From assembly GCA_951406725.2 (NCBI GenBank), contig OX597814.1:207514001-207578000 (forward strand): DNA of 64,000 bases. The letters run 5' to 3'. A model generated the notes under the pieces. It saw nothing but the letters and a program-made list of their open reading frames with translations. It was not told the origin of the DNA and did no database searches. The DNA is from Octopus vulgaris (lineage: Eukaryota). The position numbers and the translations under genes are program-made. Of the stretch, positions 37,969 through 50,454 are shown one piece after another (the stretch's first letter is position 1; every line of letters starts with the position of its first letter).

Positions 37969-38354
37969 CTAGCAGTATCACCCGGCGTTGCTCGGGTTTG
38001 TAAGGGAAATAACTATATAAGCATTTTTAGAGAGTTATAGCCAAAAAATAGCAAAAAAATGGAAAAGAAATGATGGTAAATTTCTTTAAAAATCGTTGAC
38101 TCATCGTAGACATTTTTAGAGAGTTACTTCCCTTATATAATAGCGAAAAAATGCATTAAAATGGAAAAAAGTGATGGTAATTTTTTTTTTTAAATCGTAG
38201 ACTCATCGTAGACATGCGCTAATACCCAGAAGGGCTCGATATGAATCACGACTATAAGATACCCGGTTTTGGTTAAACTGCACCGCAAAATGTGGGTAGT
38301 TAGGAATCTAAATCGTAGGAGACAGACACACAACTTCACTTTTATATATAAAGA
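37969..38354 (-). mobile_element. Non-autonomous Helitron
   Basis: Minus strand starts TC(TTTATATATAAAAG) and ends with hairpin CCCGAGC-AAC-GCCGGG then CTAG; inserted between A and T, no TSD; internal ~100-bp tandem duplication. Confidence 0.88.
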
Positions 38355-38930
38355 TGTCGTTGATTACCCAATTATTACAATTACATATAACTCTATAGCA
38401 GCAATTTGTGTCATTGCTATTGCTTGCCAGTGATTTTGCTGGTGGCGGTGAAACTCTGAGTTCAATAACTCAATTCATAGTTTCTTTTCAAAAAGTTTCA
38501 GCTTTAATCGCCACTGGCACCACCATTTAAGCATAATTACTCCTACAGTAATAAAGTAATCTACAATAAAGGAAAATCATTTCTGTCATTATAGAAAATC
38601 CATAATAATAAAATTCTGCAATGGTCTACATGTGTAACGCTTATCTGCAGAACAACATCAGAGGCAATCTGTTGTAGACACATTTATTCATAAGACAATT
38701 GACTGATAAACTTTGAAATTGAATTGTAAACATAATATACTGTGGACACATCATTTATATTAGGTATATTATTTGTAAGACTAAGATTCACAGATATTTT
38801 AAATTGTGTTACACACACACACACACACACACACTTTAATGTTTCACTTAGGCATTGCGATACTAATAACCTGTTGTTTGAACTCAATTTACATACGCTC
38901 CAGAATGAAGTGTCAGTCGAGTGCAAAGTG

Positions 38931-39255
38931 ATAAGAAATTGGGATGACAAAGGAATGAACAATTATGCTATGAACTTCATTGGTTTACAACTGTTTCTGC
39001 TCTAAGGTGCAATGTACTCATAGTTGAGTACTTGAGTATCACCGTATAGCTTCAACAGAGCTTCAAACATGAAGTGTAATTTATTTGGGAAAACATTTAC
39101 ACTTAAATGTTTTCCCAAAAATTGCACTCCATGTCTGAAGCTCTGACGAAGCTATAGGGTGATACTCATGCATTCAACTATGAATGTATTGCACCTTATA
39201 AGCTAATGAAGTTTATAACGTAATTGCTTATTCCTTTGTCATCCCAATTCCTTAC
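38931..39255. repeat. Long imperfect palindrome (arms ~150-170 bp, 4-nt loop CACT at 39100-39103) with hammerhead-like relics; Penelope-like pseudo-LTR
   Basis: Arms are mutual reverse complements (also visible as RNWDDKG in both plus and minus ORFs); CTGACGA-A-GCTATAGGGTG starts at 39143. Confidence 0.85.
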
Positions 39256-39277
39256 ATTAGGTATGTATGTATGTATG

Positions 39278-39324
<47 letters not shown>

Positions 39325-39329
39325 GCCAG

Positions 39330-39658
39330 CTGAATTCAATTCGTCTCCAGTCGAAAGACGCCTGTTGTTATGTCCTGTTATTATTATTATTGTTTTTTGT
39401 ATTATATTTGTGTAGCATCGTCCGTTTTTCCATCCTTGTTTCGTATACATTTGAAGCTTTATTCCAAGGAATCTAATGCTCTTAGCTTAGTTTTTCCTTG
39501 GGGCTGGCCAGATTGGAGCAATCTCAAGATTAATCAGCCGAAATTGTGAGGATGATCCAGTTCTTGACTGAAGATTAAAGGCTTCAAATGACCCGTCCAT
39601 GTTTTTTGTATTGTCTTCTGGATGTTTTGCATTCTTGTCCCATTTTGTATTTTATCAT
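39330..39658. mobile_element. Unclassified element embedded in TA microsatellite
   Basis: Discrete sequence bounded on both sides by (TA)n; no TIR or tRNA head recognised. Confidence 0.45.
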
Positions 39659-39679
39659 CATATATATATATATATATGA

Positions 39680-39845
39680 AGTTAATCCAAACATGAAAAC
39701 ACAACAATGCGGGGACATGGAACAAGTATAGTGTTATTGGACGCTCAGGAAAGGAAAGAAAGAAGGAGGATTTAATGTTTTGTCAGAAACATAAAAAAAA
39801 GGAAAGATCCAGGAAAGGGAAGACGGAGGAAAAAAAAAAAAATCA
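39680..39845 (-). mobile_element. Second copy of the (TA)n-inserted element at 9684-9888, with hammerhead stem II deleted
   Basis: Reverse complement match (ggaacaagtatagtgttattggacgctcaggaaag); retains GTTTCTGAC. Confidence 0.8.
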
Positions 39846-40051
39846 GTGAGATTTTATTTTGTTTTTTAGAATCCACATCTCAGTTGGGCAGCTATTAAAC
39901 TTTGTTCCCTAGAACTGTGGTTCCAAGTCCAGCAACATGTGCTTTTTACTGATTTGAAAGCAACGATGTAGTACATTGTATTAGTATCTGTTAAAAGATT
40001 ACTATTATGAATTGATTATCTCTTTGATATTTATTCCAGTGTTTAGATCAC

Positions 40052-40272
40052 TTAACCTTTTAGCATTCAGATTACTCTGTCAGGTGTAATGCTTATTTAC
40101 TTGCATTATTTTGAATTAATCATGCATTATCTTGTAGATTTAAAATTTCAGTGATGTGATTTTTTTTCTTTTAGAATGACATAGGGTAGGTGTGAGGGGC
40201 TGAATCTGGTTAGTTTGACCACAAAACAATATTCTGACCAGATATGGCCAGTTTAAATGCTAAAGGGTTTAA
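40052..40272. mobile_element. piggyBac-type MITE, family P1
   Basis: TTAA-CCTTTTAGCATT...AATGCTAAAGGG-TTTAA; aligns with 14842-15068. Confidence 0.85.
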
Positions 40273-41689
40273 GCATTTTTTTTACATTCTTTCAACATGT
40301 TTTCTATCATGTTAATAATACAATTACAAAAGAAGTGATCCAGTATTTTCTTCATTGAAAAATTGCATCTTCTTTGAAGAGCATGTTTTCTAAGAATAGA
40401 CAACTTTTAAAGTAAAAGTGGCTAGTATGTGAAAAAGAATATATTTTTCAAAGATATTTCTCTGAAAGTTCCACCTTCTGTACTACCTACATTGAACTTT
40501 TACCTTATCTTACGTAAGAATCAAACACTTCAGAAAAAATAGAATTTTTATTGAAATTATGTATTTCATGGTTCTTTATAAACTTTCAACAATTTTATAG
40601 TTTCCAAAATAACTGTGGAATTTTCATCTGTGTATTGCTGGTATTCAGAACTGAAAATTATATTTTACTTGCTCCTTTCATTTGAACCAATAACTGTATA
40701 TCGAAATTCCAATTATCATAATTATTCCAAACAACTTGTATCATTAAGTGGCATGAAGTTGTGATAGTGTTAGCATTACACAAGCAGATGTTACTGCCTG
40801 GATGACTTACCTAATTCAGTTTTGTTTGTCAATGGAAACCTTCATCAGAGACTTTAGCCCTTGTTGTAATAGCCTGGCTCTTGAGACACAAAGAGTCAGT
40901 ATCTCATCAAGCCTTTTCTATCCATAACTGACCTTTATGAGAAATTTCTTGTGACATTAATCCAAGCATAGTTCAATGTTTCATGATGGCACACATGACA
41001 GACATGAAAGAAAACAGAGAGTCATATGCAAGCTGTAAGTTTGTTATTACAATTGTTGCTCTTGTTAATTAATCATTGCCAGTTCTGCTTGCTAACCAAA
41101 GTATAAAGGTATCTTATCAATAATTTAGTACAACTAGTAATGATTTATTCAAATAAGTCAAAAAGGAACTTTTAGTGGTGTATAATTGAATGGCTTTTCC
41201 TGCCATTATGTTAATGGCACATCACTCCATTCATTCATGTGGAAGAATGTATGATGTAGTTGACACTTGGTGACTCAGGTTAAAATGCATGACTCTCAGT
41301 GGCTCCCTTTATCAAGTTATAAATTAGTACCATAAGCGGGCTTAGTTCACTGGAAGCAGTTTTGACCATATACAGTTGCTTCACTAAAAAGCAGCACTCA
41401 GTTCAGATTTACCTGTGGTGCATAATAGCTATGTGAGTAATGGGTTTTTATCATCCAGACTTGGCCTTACTGACTATATTGTACCAAGACTGAAGTCTTT
41501 AATGGTGTCTCAAAGACCCAATAAAATGCAGATGAACAACCTTTTGATTTGTGACAACAAAAAGAGATTCAGAGGGTTGCAATACATACTAGTTTATAAT
41601 GATCTTCATCTTTTTAAATATATTTGAAGTGGACAATAGAGAAGGGTTTTGCAATTTCTTGTTAAACAACCTGCAGGTAATTTGTTTAT

Positions 41690-41925
41690 AATGATCAAAT
41701 GTTTGTGCTGTACATTAGCTCTCTCCCTCCATCAAATTGACATTATCTGTACAGATCTATAATGTGTCACATGTCAGACATTGAAGTGATTGCTGAGCAA
41801 TATGAGATGAAGTGTTTTGCTCAAGAACACAAAAAACACAGATGCACCATCTTGTCCAGGTATCGAAATCATAATCTAGTGATCATAGGTGCAACACCCT
41901 TACCACTAATTCATGTGTCCTCATA
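41690..41925 (-). mobile_element. Diverged tRNA-derived SINE
   Basis: aagtgttttgctcaagaacac and tatcgaaatc..caacacccttaccact head motifs. Confidence 0.6.
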
Positions 41926-43024
41926 AAATTATATTTGAAGTAATGAGCAATTAGTAATTAGATGGGAAAGAGATGTCATCTTTTTGTGATGCAGTGTGTG
42001 TGTGTGTGTGTGTGTGTGTTAAAGGTTTTTGATTGAGAGTTTGTGAATTTATCTCTCTCTCTCATATTTATTTACTGAGACTGGAGGAAAGAGCAGTGCT
42101 TGTAGCCTTTACAACTTCTCCCCTATTACACTGACCAATGAGATTGATGCTTTTAATGTTCTGTTTGAACATTTAGTCGACACATGCAAGAAAGACATTT
42201 GGGAATTTCAGAGGACTGCTATGAAGTACTGGGTTTAGTAATTAGTGTAGGGTCTGGGAGGTTGTGTGTGTGTGTGTGTGTGTAGGGGGGCAGCATTGGG
42301 GGCAAAAAAGTGTTTTATCCTAAGTCATTATGCCATCATTGTCATCTTCACTTTAGCGTCCTTTTTTCCCCTTTTCTTTTCACAGGGTTCATTAGTAGGA
42401 CGTACTGCTATTTCTGTTGATTCTGTGCCATCATTTCTGTGTGAGAGCTGAGTTCACTAGCTTTACTTTTGTCTTTCAAATTGCTCTTTTGTACCTTCAG
42501 TTATCAGCAAATACACACTCTCTCCTCCACCCTCCCTCTCTCCCTCCCTTTCTCCAAAAACCAGTATCTAAAATGATAAATGTGCATATAAAGAATAACT
42601 AAATATGCATTCGCATGCTAAATTTTTTTCCTTGGTTTTAATATCTTCAATTATGATTGCTTCAATAATCAAAAGTAAGGCAGAAAATTTATGTAGGTTT
42701 AAATTGACTTATTGCAATGTTTTAGTTTGCATTTTTGGTTAAATTACCTTTTCCTCATTTTCAAATATTCATCTCGCAAATGCATGATTGGATTAAAAAC
42801 AAAAGTTCTTATATTAAGATATGATTATTTTTATATCGATTTCTTGTAATACTAAATACATAAGAGATTAAACCTACGAGGTTAAAATAAATAATTAATT
42901 GGAATCATAAAGAGATAATTAAACTGAATTTTCCTCTGTTCATTCTATTACAATGGCAACTTTTGTCTACTTATGAGTGGGACAGCTATTTCCGTGACTG
43001 AAAATCAATAATGACAAGCCTTGT

Positions 43025-43417
43025 GAATGCGTGTGGCCCAGTGGTTAGGGTGTTGCTTTCATGATTGCCAGATCAGAGGTTTGATTCCTAGACATGGCAG
43101 CATGTTGTGTTCTTAAGAAAAACCCTTCATTTCACATAGCTCTAGTGCTGTTTGGGGACCAACATGTCAAAGAATAGGCCCAACATTTCTTCTGTGTGCT
43201 GTAAAAGGTGACTCAAAAAGGTTGCTGTAGGATTTGTACTCCAACCTCTTAAAATCCTCACCAGCAGCAATTACCTAAACAGGTCCATGGCTTGGAGGGT
43301 TGTCGCCCGAGTGGTGCAAAGGTATCAGTCATCCACCAGGAGTAGAGAATCACCAACAAATGGTGTATGCAGTGATGCTCTGTTACAGCACATACCCCAC
43401 ACTACTACTACTACTAA
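43025..43417 (+). mobile_element. tRNA-derived SINE with (ACT)n tail; second copy at 49988-50357
   Basis: Head TGGCCCAGTGGTTAGGGTG..GGTTTGATTCC; shared body gaccaacatg..taaaagg.gact..ccatgg..tggagggtt..catccacca. Confidence 0.8.
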
Positions 43418-46400
43418 CTCTGGAAGATGCCACCTGGAAACTATACTACTTACTATACAAGCAAGATAGAAATTGCTACAGTCATAGTTTACCAAATATT
43501 GTAGATACTAGGTGTAAGATAGGATTATTTTATAGAAGGAAAATGCTATCTCCTTTGTTAAAGCTTGCCTTATTCTGTATTAGTCCAAAATCTTAAAAGT
43601 ATCAGTATTCAAAATATGATGTATCGTATGTACACCTGATCATTTACTTTTATACTTCTTATAAACATGTGCTTGAGTATTATGTATACTTTATGTGCTA
43701 ATTAAGTGACTTTTTATTTCTCACCATGCTCGTTAAAATAGATTGGCCATGATAGGCATGAGATTTATCTTGTGCACTTATTAATCTGTATTGCTTGTCG
43801 CAGAAGTATTTATTTATACAGGGAATGAAATACCTCTGGTGAATGTTTTGAGACTAGAAGCAAGGTAGTAGTTATCTGTAGTGAGCTTGAGAATCTTAAC
43901 AGCCTTCGGAATCTGATGAGTTTATGTAGCAAGCACAATATAAACAATGTATTCAAGTTTATATCTCTGTTTTTAGTGAAGACAGTGAGAAGGAATTTGT
44001 GTGAATGCGCACATATGTGTGTGTGTGTGTGTGTGTACATAGACACATACACACATACTTCAGCTCTATGACAGCGGTGTTCAGTCTGACTAATTTGATA
44101 CATCATGAATTTTGTTTTAATTTTCTTAACTCTTAACCCTTTGCTGGTTCACAACATGGTGTCTTGTTTACTTCCTAGGGAACAGGGAAAATAAATACAG
44201 TGAATTTGGTGAGGGAATACATGCTTAATAACAGCTTGCATTTCACTCAAATAGTCTTTAAAAAAAAGAAGTACAGGCCTTACCCTAAATACTTGAAACA
44301 TTTTTTTATCAAAATAAACTGAACAGATGGTTAAAAAATTTCATCACTTAAAGATGACAGAATTGGTGGAGTATTAGACTAAAATATCTCATAGTACTTG
44401 GTTATATCTTTTTACATTCCAAGTTCAGATCCCAGTTTGTCCACTTTGCCTTTCATTCTCCCAAAGTCAACACAAGTACTGTTCACTGAAATCAGTAAAA
44501 AAAATGTCAAATTGTATATGTGTTTATGTATCAAAGTACCGTAGCAAAGTGGGCAAGGTATTAAATCATGTACTTGTAGACGATGAGTTTAACGCCACTG
44601 AAGGTATTCAGTTATGTCATTTCAGTTCACTGAGCTGTCAGGAATAGGTAGCAGATTTTCTGGCAAAAGGTCAACGGTGCTGAATATACATGATAAAATA
44701 TGCCCCATATCAGGAACAAGAACTAACTGATTCTGTTTGTTGAATGAGTGCCTAGATGTAAATGGAGAAATATAAGTGTTAATACAGAAATAGCAATATA
44801 CATGCAGTCAGTGGCTCTTTCTGTAAGTAGTGGACCTAACTCTATGGGAGCTGTTGTGGGAAATAATGGCAACTAAATGCATTTTAGAGTTTTGGGGGAC
44901 TTATTCTCCAGGTGTGTTTTTGTTACATATAGTGTTTTATTTAACTGTTTAATTTGATTTCTTGCATGGTGATTGGTGTTTGTTGTTTGCTTGGCACAGA
45001 TAGGCCTGCTTGACTAGATTCAGCTAGTTTTCTCTAGTAAGTCAGATCTGGTTATGCAAGCCTATAGTATGGTAAGATATGCAGTTAAATTTGCCCTGCT
45101 GTGACACTGTTCACACATGCCAGATATAACCCAATTATCTATCTTGCCACAACTTACACAAAATAGAGAGAGAGAGGCATAAATAGAAAAGGCAGAGAAA
45201 TGAAATCAACCTTAGCAGAGATTTAAGTCACCACATACATCAATTGTTTAGTGTTGACCTCATGCTTAATCATCAAGTTTTGTCTTCTTCTCTGTATAGT
45301 ATTACTAAAATAAAACTGAAAATGCTACTTAAAAAAAAAGGTACAATATTTTGAATTTTTAAGCTTAAAAACCTACTACTTTCTTTCATTTAGAGATCAT
45401 TGGTTTTTTTTTTTTCCATAGGTTTCTCCTATGAAATATTTTTTAGTTTTAAAATGTAAAGCAGAATTAAGAAATAGTTTAATTAAAACAAAAATGAACT
45501 AAGGAAAATGATTCAAGTGGACCAAGCTAAGGTGTTATGTAAGGAATAACCCATGCAAAGAGATTCTAAATTTATTGAATTTTCCCTCTTAGTTGGAGAA
45601 TGAAAACAAGCACTTAGTGAACACTAACAACTCTTGAAGAAAAGAGGAAATAATTTATGTTTAGGAAGAGAACTCATCTTTGTTAATAGTCAAGGTGATA
45701 GCTATGGGCTCGTTTTATCACTTAATGAACATCTGGTTGTGATTTTGTGCAGGCTAGTCCTGACTGAGTAAACTTCTAATCAAAGGTATTTCAGCTATAA
45801 TCTTCTCATCTTTTTCTTGGGTATTGCATATCTAAAACTACACTGATCTGTGTGTCTTCTCCTTTCGCAAACCACTGAATGTAATTTTGGAAGATTTTGC
45901 AGCTATTTCTAACAGGATAATAAGGGACTCTGTACTAACTACCCTTGCTGACTCACTAGTGTCCTCTGTTGCATCTATACCTATGATCTGTTAATTACTT
46001 GTACATCTATAACACAGAAACTTGGTGAACATTTAACAAACAAGAGCCACTAGAAGGTTGAGCAGTTTTCTATAGTTGGCTATTTCAATTTGTGTTGTGT
46101 CTGGTGGGGGATCTTCCCATCAAATGGGAGTAGAAACTATTATTATTAATCTAAACACCAGTATTACCCAAATGCTTACATCACTTCTGTACTCACTATT
46201 ATTTTTGCTCCTATTGTTGCTATTACTGTTGTTATTGCGATGGTGGTAATATTATTACCAAGCTTTTAGTGAGTTTGTGATTTAATTATGCCGAGAATTT
46301 CTAAATGCACTTCAATTATATTTTCCTAGGATGGAATCATCTCTAATGTAAACTAAATAAAACACATTTACGTTTCCAACTGTGTATGTGTCTTCAATAA

Positions 46401-46424
46401 TTACCTGCTGGAAACTTTTTGATG

Positions 46425-46736
46425 TACATGTGTGCGTGCATGCATGCATGTGTATGTGTGTGTGTGTGTGTGTGTGTGTAAATGTGTGTATGTTTGTGTA
46501 TATATACGTTTATATAAGTGTATATATGTGTGTGTATACATGTGTGTGTGTATACATGTGTGTCTGCATGTATGTATGTGTGTGTCTTCATGTATGTATG
46601 TATGTATGTATGTCTTCATGTGTGTGTGTGTCTGTATGTATGTGTTTGTATGTATGTATATATATATAAATATATACACACATGTACATGTTTGTATGTG
46701 TCTTGTACGCATGTCTGTACACACACACACACACAG
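46425..46736. repeat. Compound (TG)/(TA)/(TATG) microsatellite
   Basis: Directly visible; source of several spurious ORFs. Confidence 0.9.
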
Positions 46737-47385
46737 AGTTATACTTTGATTACTATGGGCAATGCGTGTTACTAAGAAGACTACAGTATTTCACTGCAAT
46801 ATTTGAAAATGTAAATACATATAAAATTGCTGACTGGTACCTGAACTTTGGAAAAACATTTTAAAATTCAAAAATAGCCTCAGGAAATATGCATATGAAA
46901 ATCAATATAATAAAGGAGTTATATGGATTAGATGCTGTTTTATGAGTTTATTAACATGCATCAATATACACAAAAATACATATTTTTGGGGGTGGTTTTA
47001 AATATTTTAAGAGTAATATTTATTTCAGTTTTTCTTTATTCATTTTTTTTGTGTACGATCTCCTGTCGTCTGAGTGCATTTCCACTTCCATGGATTTGTC
47101 TTATATTTACATCCAGGAACAGGCATGTGGCAGTGTGGTTAAGAAGTTTGCTTCCTAACTGCATGATTTCAGGTTCAGTCCCACTGTGTGGAATCGAGAG
47201 GAAGTGTTTTTTACTGCTATAAACCCAGACTGATCAAAGCTTCGGGAGTGAATTTGGTAGATGGAAACTAAAAAAAGCTAGTTGTGTGTGTGTATGTGTG
47301 TGTTTGTATTTCCATGTCTTGACAATTTGTATTTGCTGTGAATAAATGTCATTTATTTCCAATATTCTCTGAAGATATGTCTAAC

Positions 47386-47551
47386 AGGAGTGGCTGTGTG
47401 GTAAGTAGCTTGTTTACCAACCACATGGTTCCGGGTTCAGTCCCACTGCGTGGCACCTTGGGCAAGTGTCTTCTACTATAGCCTCGGGCCAACCAAAGCC
47501 TTGTGAGTGGATTTGGTAGACGGAAACTGAAAGAAGCCCGTCGTATATATG

Positions 47552-47596
<45 letters not shown>

Positions 47597-47822
47597 GTGT
47601 GTGCGTGTTTGTGTGTCTGTGTTTGTCCCCCTAGCATTGCTTGACAACCGATGCTGGTGTGTTTATGTCCCCGTTACTTAGCGGTTCGGCAAAAGAGACC
47701 GATAGAATAAGTACTGGGCTTACAAAAGAATAAGTCCCAGGGTCGAGTTGCTCGATTAAAGGCGGTGCTCCAGCATGGCCGCAGTCAAATGACTGAAACA
47801 AGTAAAAGAGTAAAGAGAGAGT
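47386..47822 (+). mobile_element. SINE family B, full length, inserted into an older family C SINE (about 47120-47880)
   Basis: Intact head, body and tail; host resumes at ggaaatattactttgcttggaaac. Confidence 0.92.
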
Positions 47823-48557
47823 AACCGTAGGAAATATTACTTTGCTTGGAAACTGGTAAGGATTGGTGGCAATAAATTCTGTCTGGCACATTGCTGTTTT
47901 GAATTCAAAATGTCTTAATTGTTAAAGTCTACATCCAGCGAACCAAGCAAATTTCTGACATTCAATTCTAGACATTCCCAGATGTAAACAAAATTCACCA
48001 ATTTTTCTCTGTGGCTCATGTAAGTTCACCATTGCTCTAAACTCCACTTTTCTGTACTCATATGTGTCAAATGAAATTCACCGAAGCAGATTTTCTAAGG
48101 CTAAATGCCCTTTCCCTCACCTAACCTCACCTGTTCCCAATATTTCCCCATGACCAGACATGTTTACATGGAAGATTGGAAATGGACATGATGGTGAAGC
48201 TTGTTTACAATTATCATGTGATGTGAAGAAAAGGATGCACCTGCATGCATACACACACACACACACACACACACACCCATCTACCTACCTACCTACCTAC
48301 CTGGCTTCTTTTAATTTCAGTCTGCCAAATCCTCTCACAATGCTATCGTCAAACTGACGCTGTGGTAGAAATTGTTTGCTGTAGTTGCAATTTGTATTTA
48401 TTCATCAAATAAGCTTTGTTAGGCATTCATTTCAAAACCACTTTTTTTCGGCTACATTTGTAATTTGTTCACCACGTAACTACTGTCTTCCATAACTTTT
48501 TTCAGTGTAACAGGATTACTGGCTGGCTGCTGCACTATTCTCTGCAATTGTATTTTT

Positions 48558-49040
48558 CAGGGCTGTGGAGTCGAAACAAAAGACTTTGACTCCAACTCCT
48601 CTACTGTTGGCACCTCCGACTCTTTATGCCATTTACCCTTTCGTTACTGTATTTATTTTGAGATGGTCTGTCTTTCTTTCAATTAATTTTAAATATAGCA
48701 AATAATTTAGTAAAATAACTTAGTTATCATTAAGCTAGTGTTAGAAACATAAATTATGACTAAGGTTTAATGGAAGATTTTAATTTAAAACTTATGAAAA
48801 CAAGACATTTGTACTATAGAGTCAGAGCCGGTTTCAGCCGGGTTGGTATCGAAAGGGTTAAGTGATTGTGGTCTACTTAACTCCTAAAGCATATGCATAC
48901 ACTTGTACTTTGAGTAGGCCTATATATTATAACTGGTTTATATATAAAGTATAAAGATATTGCGAGTCAGTCGGTATAGTTTTACTGACTCCATCTACCC
49001 CTTAATTGTTTCTGACTCCCATGCTGACTCCACAGCCCTG
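48558..49040. mobile_element. hAT-type MITE carrying a nested piggyBac MITE P2 (48632-48861)
   Basis: Perfect 15-bp TIR CAGGGCTGTGGAGTC / GACTCCACAGCCCTG; 8-bp TSD GTATTTTT / GTATTTTC; repeated subterminal GACTCC motifs. Confidence 0.9.
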
Positions 49041-50405
49041 GTATTTTCCCCATACGACTTTCAGGTATTCCAGATAGTTCTTTTAAAGTTGTTACACTAT
49101 CCAAAAAGTGTTTCTTTAGTTTACTCTTTACTTTCATTTCCCTTGGACTTCTGCAACTAGTTAAATGTCTTGTATACCATAGTAAATCAAATTCTTACAT
49201 TTGGTTTTTGAATTTTTACGGCAAACTATCAGCTATGTTTTAAAAAAAATAGATAGAGAACCACAGTATCTGAACACATCATAAGCAAGGGTATAGAATA
49301 TTTATACACACACGTACACACATACATGAGATGAAGATAATGAAATGGATTCCAAATAAAATAAGCATAAGATCATTATATCAGTTTTCATTTGTAATGT
49401 AATTTTGCTTCAACAGACATTTTTCATTATTCTTCATGTTTCTCCATCAGACGGCCATCTAGAAGGTTCTATGTGAAAGAATATTTGGCTTTTCTTTCTT
49501 TTTTTTTTTTCTCGTCTTCAATTCTTTCCTCAGCATTTCATGAATACTAAAATAAAATCATACAATTAATTAATTGAAGGATTAACCTGGGATTGATCTG
49601 TGAACACATTTGTTTATTTTGAACACAATAGACACAAATAGACAGAGATTGAGTGGGGAGATGGGACCAAACTATCTATTGCCTGTGTGTGTGTTTGTTC
49701 CCACATTTGGTTTAAAATACAGAAAAAGAAAAATGCTGTACTGTTTTATTTATTTATTTATCACTGTCTCTAACAAGTGTTTTCTTGCTGCAAAGTATTA
49801 GGTTACTTTTCTTCTTCAGTCTGAAGAATTTGACTTGAAAGTTTAAACCCAGACACAACATACCTCACAGCCATGGCTAGCAACCAAGTAATTGGTTATT
49901 TCCTCATGTAGTCTTTGCATTCACTAACATTGATTATTCAAAGCTAAGTATGCGTGTAAGCACAGATTGTTCAAATTTTGTGTGTGTGTGGAGATATGTT
50001 GCCTAGTAACAATGGTGTTGCACACATGATCGTCAGATCATCACATCCCAGACTGATGGGTGCTATGTTGTGTTCTTGAGAAAGAACTCTTCAATTTGCA
50101 TTGCTCTATTACTGTGTGGAGACCAACATGCCAAAGAATAAACTCTTTCCCCTCTGCCTATCATAAAAGGCGACTAAAAGAGGTTGAAGTAGTAGTTGCA
50201 CTCTGACCTCAAAAAAACCCCTCGCCTGCAACAACTACCCAAACAGATCCATGGGCTGGAGGGTTTTTGCCTGAGTGGTGCAGTGGGGTCATCCACCACC
50301 AGGAGTAATAGGGAATCACCAAGGAATGGTGGATGCAGCAATGTGCTGTTACAGCTAATAAAATTCATTACATAATTTCTGTTCTCGTGTCATTTATTTA
50401 ATTAC

Positions 50406-50454
<49 letters not shown>

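Noticed and set aside
40960-41040. Candidate exon ending at GTAAGT (41035)
   Set aside because: No convincing acceptor site or recognisable peptide; such hexamers are expected by chance.
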